The position numbers and the translations under genes were made by a program. The notes under the pieces are model-generated. The model did no database searches, was not told the DNA's origin, and saw only the letters and a list, made by a program, of their open reading frames with translations. Of a DNA stretch of 44,836 nucleotides, positions 21,082 to 29,569 are shown in pieces. Position 1 is the first letter of the stretch, and each line of letters begins with the position of its first letter. Origin of the DNA: Hyphomicrobiales bacterium (lineage in GTDB: Bacteria > Pseudomonadota > Alphaproteobacteria > Rhizobiales > CAJQND01); the NCBI GenBank assembly GCA_051010095.1, contig JBPCVX010000195.1, forward strand, positions 1 to 44,836, written 5' to 3'.

Positions 21082-21176
21082 TGCGAAACGACACATATTT
21101 CGTTTCGCCGCCCTTCTTGGGCGTTTCCTCCCTAGACTTGGGCCGCTACATTTCATGTAGCGGTCCCTTTTTCTTT
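21082..21176 (+). ncRNA. mmgR: MmgR / suhB (alpha-r8) family small RNA
   Basis: Core CTTGGGCGTTTCCTCCCTAGACTTGGGCCGC...GCGGTCCCTTTTT with the UUUCCUCCCU anti-SD motif and a terminator. It sits between N-formylglutamate amidohydrolase and the IMPase-family gene, the synteny I recall for this family. The 5' end is estimated. Confidence 0.85.
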
Positions 21177-21203
21177 ACACACCATGAAATAAAGTAAGCG
21201 CAA

Positions 21204-22127
21204 CTACTCAGCAGCAATACTGCCGGGATTAAGAATCGATGGGAGCTGCGAAACAAAATGCTCAATAATTTCAGCGAGCTTATCTTGTAGTTGCGCAAAA
21301 CCTTCATGCGCCAGCAAGGTCGTTTCGTCCATATACAATGCGCGGTTTACTTCGACCTGCATAGCGTGGCGGTTATGAGCGGGACGGCCATAGTGCTGTG
21401 TAATATGCCCGCCAGCATAAGGTTTGTTGCGCGCTACCGTATAACCAGCATCAATAAGTAGCGCCTCAAATGTATCCGTAATCGCACCATTACATGTTGA
21501 ACCATATCGATCACCAAGCACGAAATCGGGGCGCCGGTTATCGGTTTCATGTGAAAATGCCGGGTTGACCGATGAAGGCATGGAATGACAATCAACCAAT
21601 AAAACCTCGCCAAAACGCGCTCTACACTCGTTGAGCAACCCTTCTAAGCGACCGTGATACGGCACATACAAATTTTGAATGCGGTCTTCTGCTTCTTCAA
21701 AATCCAGCAATTCTCGATAAATTTCTTCTGTTTCACTTACAACCCGCGGAATGGTGCCAAGACCGCCAGCAACGCGCATAGACGACGTATTCACATAATC
21801 CGGCAATTGCTGTCTAAACATAGAAGGATCGAGCTCGTAGGGTTCGCGATTCACGTCCAAATAAGCACGTGGAAAATTCACCTTAATAAGCGGCATACCC
21901 AGAGTCACCACAGGCTGAAACAATATGTCGACGAGCGCATCTTCAGAGCGCCGCAAAGCGTGCGAATCAAGCTTAGACCCTTCGACAAAGTGCAGAGGGT
22001 ATGTATTTCCTGAATGAGGAGAGTTGAAAACGACAGGTTTATTGATCGGTCCATTTTGCAAGACTTCAAACGGCGGATCGAAATGTGCCGCAGAAGAAGA
22101 ACTCGAATTTTCCCGAAATAACGCCAT
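21204..22127 (-). CDS. N-formylglutamate amidohydrolase family protein
   Basis: NSPHSG, RRSED, RAYLDVNRE, GGLGTIPR, DCHSMPS, PDFVLGDRYG, NKPYAGG, QVEVNRALY. Start uncertain (22127 vs 22184). Confidence 0.88.
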   Translation of the reverse strand: MALFRENSSSSSAAHFDPPFEVLQNGPINKPVVFNSPHSGNTYPLHFVEGSKLDSHALRRSEDALVDILFQPVVTLGMPLIKVNFPRAYLDVNREPYELDPSMFRQQLPDYVNTSSMRVAGGLGTIPRVVSETEEIYRELLDFEEAEDRIQNLYVPYHGRLEGLLNECRARFGEVLLVDCHSMPSSVNPAFSHETDNRRPDFVLGDRYGSTCNGAITDTFEALLIDAGYTVARNKPYAGGHITQHYGRPAHNRHAMQVEVNRALYMDETTLLAHEGFAQLQDKLAEIIEHFVSQLPSILNPGSIAAE

Positions 22128-22371
22128 TTTGGCCCCGAAATCCCAACAAAAACACCGGGGCGCTGTTCCCGGCCGCATCGTCAATTAAGATGCCAGTGCG
22201 GAACGCTTATGTCTACAGTCCACTTGATGCTTTTTGAGCAATACCAGATAATGGGATGGATCGGGCGTTGCAAACAAAAGTGGAAAATTTTGCGAATCCT
22301 TTCACCAGGCATTTACCTGTTGGAACTAGGCTCCCAGCCGATGGAGATCAATAATTTGATGATTGTGAACA

Positions 22372-22731
22372 ATGGCGAAGATTCTACTTGCTGAAGATGA
22401 CGGTGATTTGCGGGTATTTTTGGTACGCGCACTCGAAAAGGCGGGCCATGAGGTTGTGTCTTTTGGTGAAGGCCTGAGTGCATATGAGTGCGTAAAAAAT
22501 GACGCGTTTGATTTGCTTCTCACCGATATTGTTATGCCCGAAATGGATGGCATTGAACTTGCCCGGCGCGCCGCAGATTTGGATCCGGCATTGAAAATCA
22601 TGTTCATTACCGGATTTGCGGCGGTCGCTCTCAATCCAGATAACGAAGCACCCAAGAACGCCAAAATTCTCTCCAAACCTTTTCATTTGCGTGATCTGGT
22701 GAATGAAGTCGACCGCTTAATGGCGGCATGA
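22372..22731 (+). CDS. cpdR: Single-domain response regulator CpdR
   Basis: KILLAEDD, LLLTDIVMPEMDGIELARRA, FITGFAAVAL, LSKPFHLRDLVNEV; followed by tRNA-Val as is usual in alphaproteobacteria. Confidence 0.95.
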   Translation: MAKILLAEDDGDLRVFLVRALEKAGHEVVSFGEGLSAYECVKNDAFDLLLTDIVMPEMDGIELARRAADLDPALKIMFITGFAAVALNPDNEAPKNAKILSKPFHLRDLVNEVDRLMAA

Positions 22732-22803
22732 ATTTTCTTTACGTGAAGCCTTCAGCCAGCCTTGCACCAAGCCCAAGTTAAGGATATATCCATGGCCTGG
22801 AGT

Positions 22804-22878
22804 GGGCGTGTAGCTCAGCGGGAGAGCACTTCGTTGACATCGAAGGGGTCACTGGTTCAATCCCAGTCACGCCCACCA
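22804..22878 (+). tRNA. tRNA-Val (GAC)
   Basis: Acceptor stem GGGCGTG/CACGCCC, D-arm GCTC..GAGC, anticodon arm CTTCG-TTGACAT-CGAAG, T-loop GGTTCAATCCC, encoded CCA. Confidence 0.97.
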
Positions 22879-22939
22879 TTCCAATCGCATTGAAATTCAT
22901 TGTTCTCTGGCATTATCATTCTGATGTTGGCGGCAGTTT

Positions 22940-23455
22940 TTATTGATTGACTGGATGCAATTTGTTGGCGTCACCAGCCTTAAACACGGCCATATCCTGC
23001 TTGAACCGCCCTTCGGGTAAATCAACAATCTTGCGGTCAATCTCTACGAGTTCAATAAGGCGTTGATCTTTAATAAATCCCAGGAGCGTCAGCTCACCTT
23101 TAGACGCCATTTCATGGCGTTTATCATCGCTCCAGTACCAGCCGAAAGGACAGTTGAGGTTGCGTGGCGTTGCGCCACCGTTTGGTTGAACAATAAGTGT
23201 TGGATGGGCAATCCGCACTTCATCCCACTCGAAGGGCGTTGCTTTAGACAAAACGCTGGCAGATACCCCACTCGCAATTGCCTCTCGCGCCCAGACGTGA
23301 ACTTTCTCGCTTAGATTTGCACGGTGTGTGCAAACAGATTTCAAAGTAAATCCGTGCCATAGCGCAGCAACAACGGTAATTGCCGCAACAACGGTAATAA
23401 TTGGCTTGGCAGGAACTTGGTTTACCGCATCACGCAGGCTCATTACTTGGTCCAC
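22940..23455 (-). CDS. Hypothetical protein with N-terminal membrane anchor
   Basis: 171-aa ORF filling the gap; hydrophobic IITVVAAITVVAALW; two Cys. No family recognised. Confidence 0.65.
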   Translation of the reverse strand: MDQVMSLRDAVNQVPAKPIITVVAAITVVAALWHGFTLKSVCTHRANLSEKVHVWAREAIASGVSASVLSKATPFEWDEVRIAHPTLIVQPNGGATPRNLNCPFGWYWSDDKRHEMASKGELTLLGFIKDQRLIELVEIDRKIVDLPEGRFKQDMAVFKAGDANKLHPVNQ

Positions 23456-23465
23456 TCATTAAACA

Positions 23466-23492
23466 GGCTGGCCAGCTTTATGCTGGCCAGCC
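23466..23492 (-). terminator. Hairpin closing the amt/small-protein transcript
   Basis: Perfect 11-bp stem GGCTGGCCAGC-N5-GCTGGCCAGCC, followed by TGTTT on the minus strand. Confidence 0.65.
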
Positions 23493-23519
23493 CATCAGAA
23501 CCGATACTCTTTGAGGGGG

Positions 23520-23738
23520 TCAATACCGGTCTATGGCTTTTCGAGCCTCTTCGCCGGTGGCATCTGCGTCCATCTCATGGCGAATTTCCGTATTCTCCTG
23601 GCGCAGCTGGATTACGTGCCAGCCAATCCAGAAAACCAATCCAATCACGAACAGAAGGAATTCTGAACCTTGGAAGGGATACACGGCAGCCACATCTTTG
23701 AGATCGACGGCCCAATTAGACATTCCATTGGTCGACAT
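23520..23738 (-). CDS. Small single-pass membrane protein downstream of amt
   Basis: AAGGAG SD upstream; 72 aa with one TM segment (FLLFVIGLVFWIGWHVI) and an acidic tail. Confidence 0.8.
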   Translation of the reverse strand: MSTNGMSNWAVDLKDVAAVYPFQGSEFLLFVIGLVFWIGWHVIQLRQENTEIRHEMDADATGEEARKAIDRY

Positions 23739-23762
23739 TTGTTTTCTCCTTATCTGTGGCGT

Positions 23763-25121
23763 TTATGATTTGACCATGGCGGTTTCAGCAGCGATCACAT
23801 CAGCTTTCGCGGCCTCAAATGCCTGGTTAGATTCAAAATCAAGTCCTTCGAGCTCGACCTTGCGCGGAATGCGCAACAATCCCATGCCGTTTAGAATCTT
23901 GGCAACGATCCATGCAGGAAGGAAACCAAGAACAAAGAACATGATGATAGCGCCAATGAACTGACCAAATGGATTGATCGTTGCATAGCCTTCATACGGA
24001 GATGAAGGTTGACCCCATAGCATGAAGCCACAAATTATGAGGCCGATGAAGCCTGCATATCCATGCACGGCAACTGCACCAACCGCATCGTCGATCTTGA
24101 ACTTACGCTCAACCCAGAAATGCAGCTTGTAAGCAGCCCAAGCGCCAACACCTGCAATCAACATGGCTTGGATGGGATGATACAAATCATTACCAGCAGA
24201 CGCGGTGATAATACCGGCGAGCCCACCTGAATATGTCCAGAACGGATCGCCCTTGGACACTATGTAAGCCACCATGAGACCACCAGACAATGACATCAGG
24301 AAGTTAAAGGTAATGGCTGAAAGAGTGGTCGGTGCGAGATAGATATTTGTCGCAGTCCAAGTTTCACCGGTGATCTGTCCACCAATTGCTTCTGGCGAAA
24401 TGATTGGAACGTTACATGCCGCATAGAAGCCCCAGAAGCCTGTATAGATGAGGAACAGGCCAAGTGTAACGAGCCATACATTGTGAGGCGGAATATCACG
24501 CGGCGTGCCATCTTCTGCGAATTTACCCAAGCGAGGACCCAATACAACAAGCACCCCTAATGCGAAGCCACCGGCGATCGCGTGGATAACGCCCGATGCA
24601 TACGCATCGTGATAGCCAAGCAATTTGACCATCCAACCACCATAATGCCAGCCCCAGGCCGCATCGATGATCCAGGTGAACGATCCAATCACCACTGCCA
24701 AAATCCAGAACGCGCCGGATTGAATACGCTCAATCACAGCCCCCGATACGATAGAAGCGGCAGTCCATGAGAACAGCAAGAATGCCGCCCAGAACACACC
24801 GTTGATACGGTCACCCAAGTTCGTGCCCATATTGTCATCCCAAGGTCGCGCACCTTCTGCGGCAGCAAAATCAATCCCTCCAGTGATGAAAGGACCATTG
24901 GGAAATGCGAAATAAATCCACCACCCAAAGAAGAAGAAAGTCACGGTTACCAGTGGGATAACCATGGTGTTTTTCATCAAGGTGTGGAGATGATTGCGGC
25001 GCCTGCTGGCAGCCACTTCGTAGAGACAAAAGCCTACGTGAATAAGAAACATAAAGACAACGGTGACCCAGTAGTAAAACTCGGTAAACACCGTGGTGAT
25101 GGCGTCAAGATTATTGCCCAT
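23763..25121 (-). CDS. Amt-family (ammonium/methylammonium) transporter, divergent
   Basis: SGAVIER, HDAYASGVIH (first His), IDDAVGAVAVHG (second His), C-terminal LRIPRKVELEGLD; many TM segments; GGGGA precedes ATG 25121. Confidence 0.92.
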   Translation of the reverse strand: MGNNLDAITTVFTEFYYWVTVVFMFLIHVGFCLYEVAASRRRNHLHTLMKNTMVIPLVTVTFFFFGWWIYFAFPNGPFITGGIDFAAAEGARPWDDNMGTNLGDRINGVFWAAFLLFSWTAASIVSGAVIERIQSGAFWILAVVIGSFTWIIDAAWGWHYGGWMVKLLGYHDAYASGVIHAIAGGFALGVLVVLGPRLGKFAEDGTPRDIPPHNVWLVTLGLFLIYTGFWGFYAACNVPIISPEAIGGQITGETWTATNIYLAPTTLSAITFNFLMSLSGGLMVAYIVSKGDPFWTYSGGLAGIITASAGNDLYHPIQAMLIAGVGAWAAYKLHFWVERKFKIDDAVGAVAVHGYAGFIGLIICGFMLWGQPSSPYEGYATINPFGQFIGAIIMFFVLGFLPAWIVAKILNGMGLLRIPRKVELEGLDFESNQAFEAAKADVIAAETAMVKS

Positions 25122-25252
25122 CGAAAGTTCCCCCAACTTAGTGTTCTATGCCAGCACCTTTGGAGCTTTCGCGCCGCGGTCCGGCATCTCTTCCAAAATC
25201 AGTTTCTTTGGTCCCGCATTATCGCCCACGGGTATTCGATAACATTCCCGAC

Positions 25253-25277
25253 AAGAACCAAAAAAGAACCAAAAAAG
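25253..25277. repeat. Tandem 11-bp direct repeat (AAGAACCAAAA)x2 plus AAG upstream of amt
   Basis: Read directly; the minus strand gives TTTTGGTTCTT twice. Confidence 0.8.
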
Positions 25278-25462
25278 CAAAGCATACACGTGCACGTGCT
25301 TACGCTGCATATTCTATTCATTCTTGATGAAATTCTCAGCCCTTATCGTTCGCCCTATTCAACAAAGTTTATTGTGAAGGAGCGATTCGCCAAAATCAAG
25401 CCAAAAAACCGCTGAAAATCTGAGTTTACACAGCTTTGGACCGTTTTTGGTACATTTAAAGA

Positions 25463-26041
25463 TTAAGATGCCTTGCCGTTTTCCCAGTCGGGCACAAAGG
25501 CCAAAATTTGTGCATCCGGCGACAAATTTGCGTTGAACAGAGCATTGTGCCACCAGGTGGCTTGATAGAGCGCATGGCTTGAGGCAAGCGTTTCAACGCT
25601 GCAAGGCAAGTCAAAATAATGCCCGTATCCTTCAAAAGCGAGCCGACACTGGCCTGCTTGCGCCAACAACTCGGCACCTTTGGAGTTCGGTTGGAATGAC
25701 GCCGTTAAACTATCTGAGAACTCCTGCGCCTTTTGATAATAGGCTTCTGAAAATAGTTGCAACGCCTTCTCGCGCCGCTGAGCTGGATCATTCGTGCGCT
25801 TATACATATGTTGCATCTCGGGCGTCTTCGAGAAGGGCAGAGATTTCGAGATGAGCGTGATTATGGCGCCCATCGGGGCATCTTCTGCTGGAAGGTACAC
25901 ATCTGGTGTAATGGCACTGTCAGGCCTGCCTTCGCGTTCACGCATTGCAATTTGGCGCACGCGGCATTGCCACTTCATAAATTGCGAACGCAAAGGATGC
26001 GGCGCGCTTGACGTGCCGAGCAGTTGATTCAATTGGTTCAT
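25463..26041 (-). CDS. Hypothetical protein in the amine cluster (192 aa)
   Basis: Start overlaps the stop of the C-N hydrolase (ATGA coupling at 26038-26041). No family recognised. Confidence 0.8.
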   Translation of the reverse strand: MNQLNQLLGTSSAPHPLRSQFMKWQCRVRQIAMREREGRPDSAITPDVYLPAEDAPMGAIITLISKSLPFSKTPEMQHMYKRTNDPAQRREKALQLFSEAYYQKAQEFSDSLTASFQPNSKGAELLAQAGQCRLAFEGYGHYFDLPCSVETLASSHALYQATWWHNALFNANLSPDAQILAFVPDWENGKAS

Positions 26042-26886
26042 GCAACGTCTTTGCGCGATGTATCCAAGATGGTGAACTCGCGATCATGTTGAAGGTTGGG
26101 AATTTTGGCACGCGCTACCGCCACCTCATCGAGGTCGATGAGGGCTTGGGCAACACCATCACCCTCGCCACCATCAGCAAGAATGTCTCCCCAAGGTGCG
26201 ATAATGAGAGAATGGCCATAAGCTTCACCGCCACCAGGTACGTCGCCCACCGCGCACGCGGCAATCACAAACGCACCATTTTCAATAGCGCGCGCCTGAT
26301 TAAGAACATGCCAGTGTGCTTCGCTGGTCTTTTTGGTGAACGCGGCTGGCGTCAGCAGTATTTCCGCTCCAGCATGCGCTAAATCCCGATAAAGATAAGG
26401 GAAGCGCAAATCATAACAAATACTGTGCCCGAAAACCGCCATCGGTGTTTGCGTAAGAACAGCTTGATTTCCCGCAGAAACTTTCGCGCTTTCTTGATAA
26501 ACCTCTGTCTCTGACAGCTGGATATCGAACATATGGATCTTGTCGTAGCGACTGACGATCATACCTTTGGCATCGACCATTAAAGACCGGTTGAGAATTT
26601 TTCCTTCTGGTCCAGGAACGGCCACCGAGCCAATTGAAATCCACACTTTATTATCGCGCGCGAACTCTTGCAGTCCTCGCACAACAGGGTGGCTTTCCTC
26701 ATTTGCAACCGGTGGAACGAGGGCGGGGCCATCAGTAAGAAGCCCACCACAATATTCTGGGAGAAATAAAAATTCTGCCCCATCTTTCACCGCGCGCTCA
26801 GCCAAGCCTAATGCCTCATTTAACGCAGTGTCAAAATCAGGCATCGGTCTGGTTTGCAGACACGCAACATTAAGCTGACGGGGCAT
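26038..26886 (-). CDS. Carbon-nitrogen hydrolase (nitrilase superfamily, Nit1/omega-amidase-like)
   Basis: Glu-Lys-Cys triad: FLPEY, YDKIHMFD, SICYDLRFP; also PAAFT, AHWHVL, ARAIEN, YGHSLIIAPWG. Confidence 0.9.
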   Translation of the reverse strand: MPRQLNVACLQTRPMPDFDTALNEALGLAERAVKDGAEFLFLPEYCGGLLTDGPALVPPVANEESHPVVRGLQEFARDNKVWISIGSVAVPGPEGKILNRSLMVDAKGMIVSRYDKIHMFDIQLSETEVYQESAKVSAGNQAVLTQTPMAVFGHSICYDLRFPYLYRDLAHAGAEILLTPAAFTKKTSEAHWHVLNQARAIENGAFVIAACAVGDVPGGGEAYGHSLIIAPWGDILADGGEGDGVAQALIDLDEVAVARAKIPNLQHDREFTILDTSRKDVA

Positions 26887-26897
26887 TATAAACTCTC

Positions 26898-27311
26898 CTA
26901 AAACTTCATATAGGCCTTCCTGAGTGCTACAAGCGGATGCCGGTCAGACATCTGAAACTTGAGCAGTAGCTCTCGGGCAATCATATCACGATCTTGCTGA
27001 TTGTCTGGCAACTCGATCGTATCGGGAATGCGTACCCAGCCATTAATATTGCGGTCAAACACCGCCGGATTGCTTTCCTCATAACCCATATGAATGTCTT
27101 CAAGCCAGTTCAGATCATCCCATCCCATGAATTCCATATAGTCTTTTAGGAACGGGGTGAGCCGATCATAATCGGGAACGAGATTCACGTCATATCGGTA
27201 ACCAATATGTTGACCGATTTCTTTCTCGCGCTCACTTTCAAGCCCTGCGGAATCATTGAGAAACTGATCAACATCTTTGATCTCTGAGCCGCGATATTGG
27301 GTTCCTGCCAT
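26898..27311 (-). CDS. Hypothetical acidic protein in the amine cluster (137 aa)
   Basis: GGAGGG SD upstream; tight spacing with both neighbours. No family recognised. Confidence 0.82.
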   Translation of the reverse strand: MAGTQYRGSEIKDVDQFLNDSAGLESEREKEIGQHIGYRYDVNLVPDYDRLTPFLKDYMEFMGWDDLNWLEDIHMGYEESNPAVFDRNINGWVRIPDTIELPDNQQDRDMIARELLLKFQMSDRHPLVALRKAYMKF

Positions 27312-27323
27312 CTCACTACCCTC

Positions 27324-28679
27324 CTAAAGATGATGATAATCTTCAACACCAACCGTATGATTGGTGCCTGCCAAAGGCACGCCGGCCATGGCAGATGCTT
27401 CCATTGTGAGCGCGGCGAGATCTTCAGGCTCAAGCGAATGAATATTGGTCTTGCCGCACGCGCGGGCGAAAAGCTGCGCTTCAATTGTGAGCGTGTGCAA
27501 GAAGTTATAAACGCGCTCCGCAGCTTCATCTGGATCAAGACGTGCACGCAATGCAGGGTCTTGCGTAGCAACACCCACGGGACAACGGCCCGTATGACAA
27601 TGATAGCAATATCCAGGGGTCGCTCCAATTTCTTCTTCGAAGTTAGCTTCTGGAATGTCTTTATTGCAATTTAAAGCCATCATCACTGAGTGCCCTATCG
27701 CGATAGCATCTGCGCCAAGCGCAATTGCCTTTGCCACATCAGCACCGTTACGGATACCGCCGGCATATACGAGCGAAATCTCGCCACGCTTACCCAGATC
27801 ATCGATTGCCTTGCGGGCCTGGCGGATTGCCGCCATGCCAGGTACACCGGTATCCTCGGTCGCCAAATGCGGTCCCGCACCCGTGCCACCTTCCATACCG
27901 TCAATATAGATGGAGTCCGGGTCGCACTTTACCGCCATGCGTACATCGTCATAAACGCGCGCTGCACCAAGCTTAAGCTGAATTGGAATCTGCCAGTCGG
28001 TAGCTTCACGGATTTCCTGAATTTTAAGCGCCAGATCATCCGGGCCCAGCCAATCGGGGTGACGTGCGGGCGAGCGTTGGTCAATGCCAGCTGGCAAAGA
28101 ACGCATCTCGGCCACCTGGTCGGTCACCTTTTGGCCCATCAAATGGCCGCCAAGACCAACTTTACAGCCCTGACCAATAAAGAACTCACAGCCATCAGCC
28201 AAAACCAGGTGATGCGGGTTAAAGCCATAACGCGATTGAATGCACTGATAGAACCATTTCGTCGAATAGCGCCGCTCATCAGGGATCATGCCGCCCTCAC
28301 CTGAGCATGTTGCAGTACCTGCCATCGTGGCGCCGCGGGCCAGCGCTGTTTTTGCTTCATATGACAGGGCGCCGAAGCTCATGCCGGTTACATAGACCGG
28401 TATATCCAAATCGATCGGGCGTTTCGCACGCGGACCAATCAATGTGCGGGTTTCGCATTTTTCACGATACCCCTCGATCACAAACCGGGTGAGTGTGCCC
28501 GGCAAAAAGGTGAGATCATCCCAATGAGGAATCTTCTTAAACAGCGAAAATCCCCGCATCCTATAGCGGCCCAGCTCAGATTTAACATGAATGTCGTCAA
28601 TGACGTGGGGCGGGAAGATCGATGAATCACCGAGGCGATATGTATCGCGATCGAGCGTTTTTTTGACCTGTTTATCCAT
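27324..28679 (-). CDS. FMN-binding glutamate-synthase-family subunit (MgsC/GlxD-like)
   Basis: [79 protein letters not shown]. Confidence 0.88.
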   Translation of the reverse strand: MDKQVKKTLDRDTYRLGDSSIFPPHVIDDIHVKSELGRYRMRGFSLFKKIPHWDDLTFLPGTLTRFVIEGYREKCETRTLIGPRAKRPIDLDIPVYVTGMSFGALSYEAKTALARGATMAGTATCSGEGGMIPDERRYSTKWFYQCIQSRYGFNPHHLVLADGCEFFIGQGCKVGLGGHLMGQKVTDQVAEMRSLPAGIDQRSPARHPDWLGPDDLALKIQEIREATDWQIPIQLKLGAARVYDDVRMAVKCDPDSIYIDGMEGGTGAGPHLATEDTGVPGMAAIRQARKAIDDLGKRGEISLVYAGGIRNGADVAKAIALGADAIAIGHSVMMALNCNKDIPEANFEEEIGATPGYCYHCHTGRCPVGVATQDPALRARLDPDEAAERVYNFLHTLTIEAQLFARACGKTNIHSLEPEDLAALTMEASAMAGVPLAGTNHTVGVEDYHHL

Positions 28680-28699
28680 AGTTTCTGCCTCTCTCTCCC

Positions 28700-29569
28700 C
28701 TACAGGATGAGTTTCTTCTCGGTTGGTTCGAGATTGTCGTAATTCCAGAGCTGTTTGCCCGCGACGATCTTGGTGAAATGATCGACGCCCTTTTCCGGCA
28801 TCATTTCATACTGCGTGAGCTTGCGGGTCAGCCAGGCTTTATCAAGGTCGGTCAACTCAGCAGGAACCGCATCGACTCCACAAGACTGAATGTCTCCACC
28901 CACAAAAATTGTGCCGTCATACATGGAATCGCCCAGGTTCTTACCTGCATTTCCACAAACAACCATACGGCCACGTTGCATCATGAAGCCCGACAAGGCG
29001 CCAGTGTCACCGCCGACAAGAATAGTGCCACCCTTCATGTCGATACCGGTACGCGAGCCGACAGACCCTCTACACACCAAATCACCACCACGGATCGCCG
29101 CACCGAATGTTGAACCGGCATTCTTTTCGACAATCACCGAGCCAGACATCATGTTCTCGCCGCAAGACCAGCCGACACGGCCATTGATGCGTACATTTGG
29201 CCCATCAATCAGACCCGTTGCGAAGTATCCCAGCGAACCTTCAAAGATGAGATTCAGACGATTCAGAATTCCAACACCAAGTGAATGCATGCCACGCGGG
29301 TTTTTGATGACAATCGTGCCGAAGCCTTCATCCATCAAAGCACGTACTTTGTTGTTCACTTCGGTGGCCGTCATGCCATCTGCGTCTAGCTCAGAGCGCT
29401 TGTTGAAATCCACATCCGGTGCCCAAGGGTAAGCAAAGCGCGCCTCTGCATCAGCATCGAACTCGATCAACAGAGAACGGCCCGTCAATTGCTCGCTGGT
29501 CATGCCGAGCGCTTGTGCGCGCTCGTCTTGGTTCATCTCTTTAAGTTGAGCATCGTTTAGGCTTGCCAT
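28700..29569 (-). CDS. GXGXG-domain glutamate-synthase subunit (MgsB/GlxC-like)
   Basis: Repeated Gly-rich beta-helix units: GSLGYF, GWSCGENMMSG, GIDMKGG, GFMMQRG, LGDSMYDG. Confidence 0.85.
   Translation of the reverse strand: MASLNDAQLKEMNQDERAQALGMTSEQLTGRSLLIEFDADAEARFAYPWAPDVDFNKRSELDADGMTATEVNNKVRALMDEGFGTIVIKNPRGMHSLGVGILNRLNLIFEGSLGYFATGLIDGPNVRINGRVGWSCGENMMSGSVIVEKNAGSTFGAAIRGGDLVCRGSVGSRTGIDMKGGTILVGGDTGALSGFMMQRGRMVVCGNAGKNLGDSMYDGTIFVGGDIQSCGVDAVPAELTDLDKAWLTRKLTQYEMMPEKGVDHFTKIVAGKQLWNYDNLEPTEKKLIL

Noticed and set aside
20991-21197. 68-aa ORF over the sRNA locus
   Set aside because: No SD or recognisable motif; the region is explained by the promoter, sRNA and terminator.
25389-25403. 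Sigma54 promoter for amt (GG-N10-GC on the minus strand)
   Set aside because: It reads TGGCTTG-ATTT-TGGC, a poor match to TGGCACG-N4-TTGC, and is better explained as one of the 11-bp TTGG repeats. Not fully excluded.
27585-27612. CYHCH in the FMN subunit as a heme c site
   Set aside because: The protein has no signal peptide and the motif aligns with the glutamate synthase Fe-S loop.
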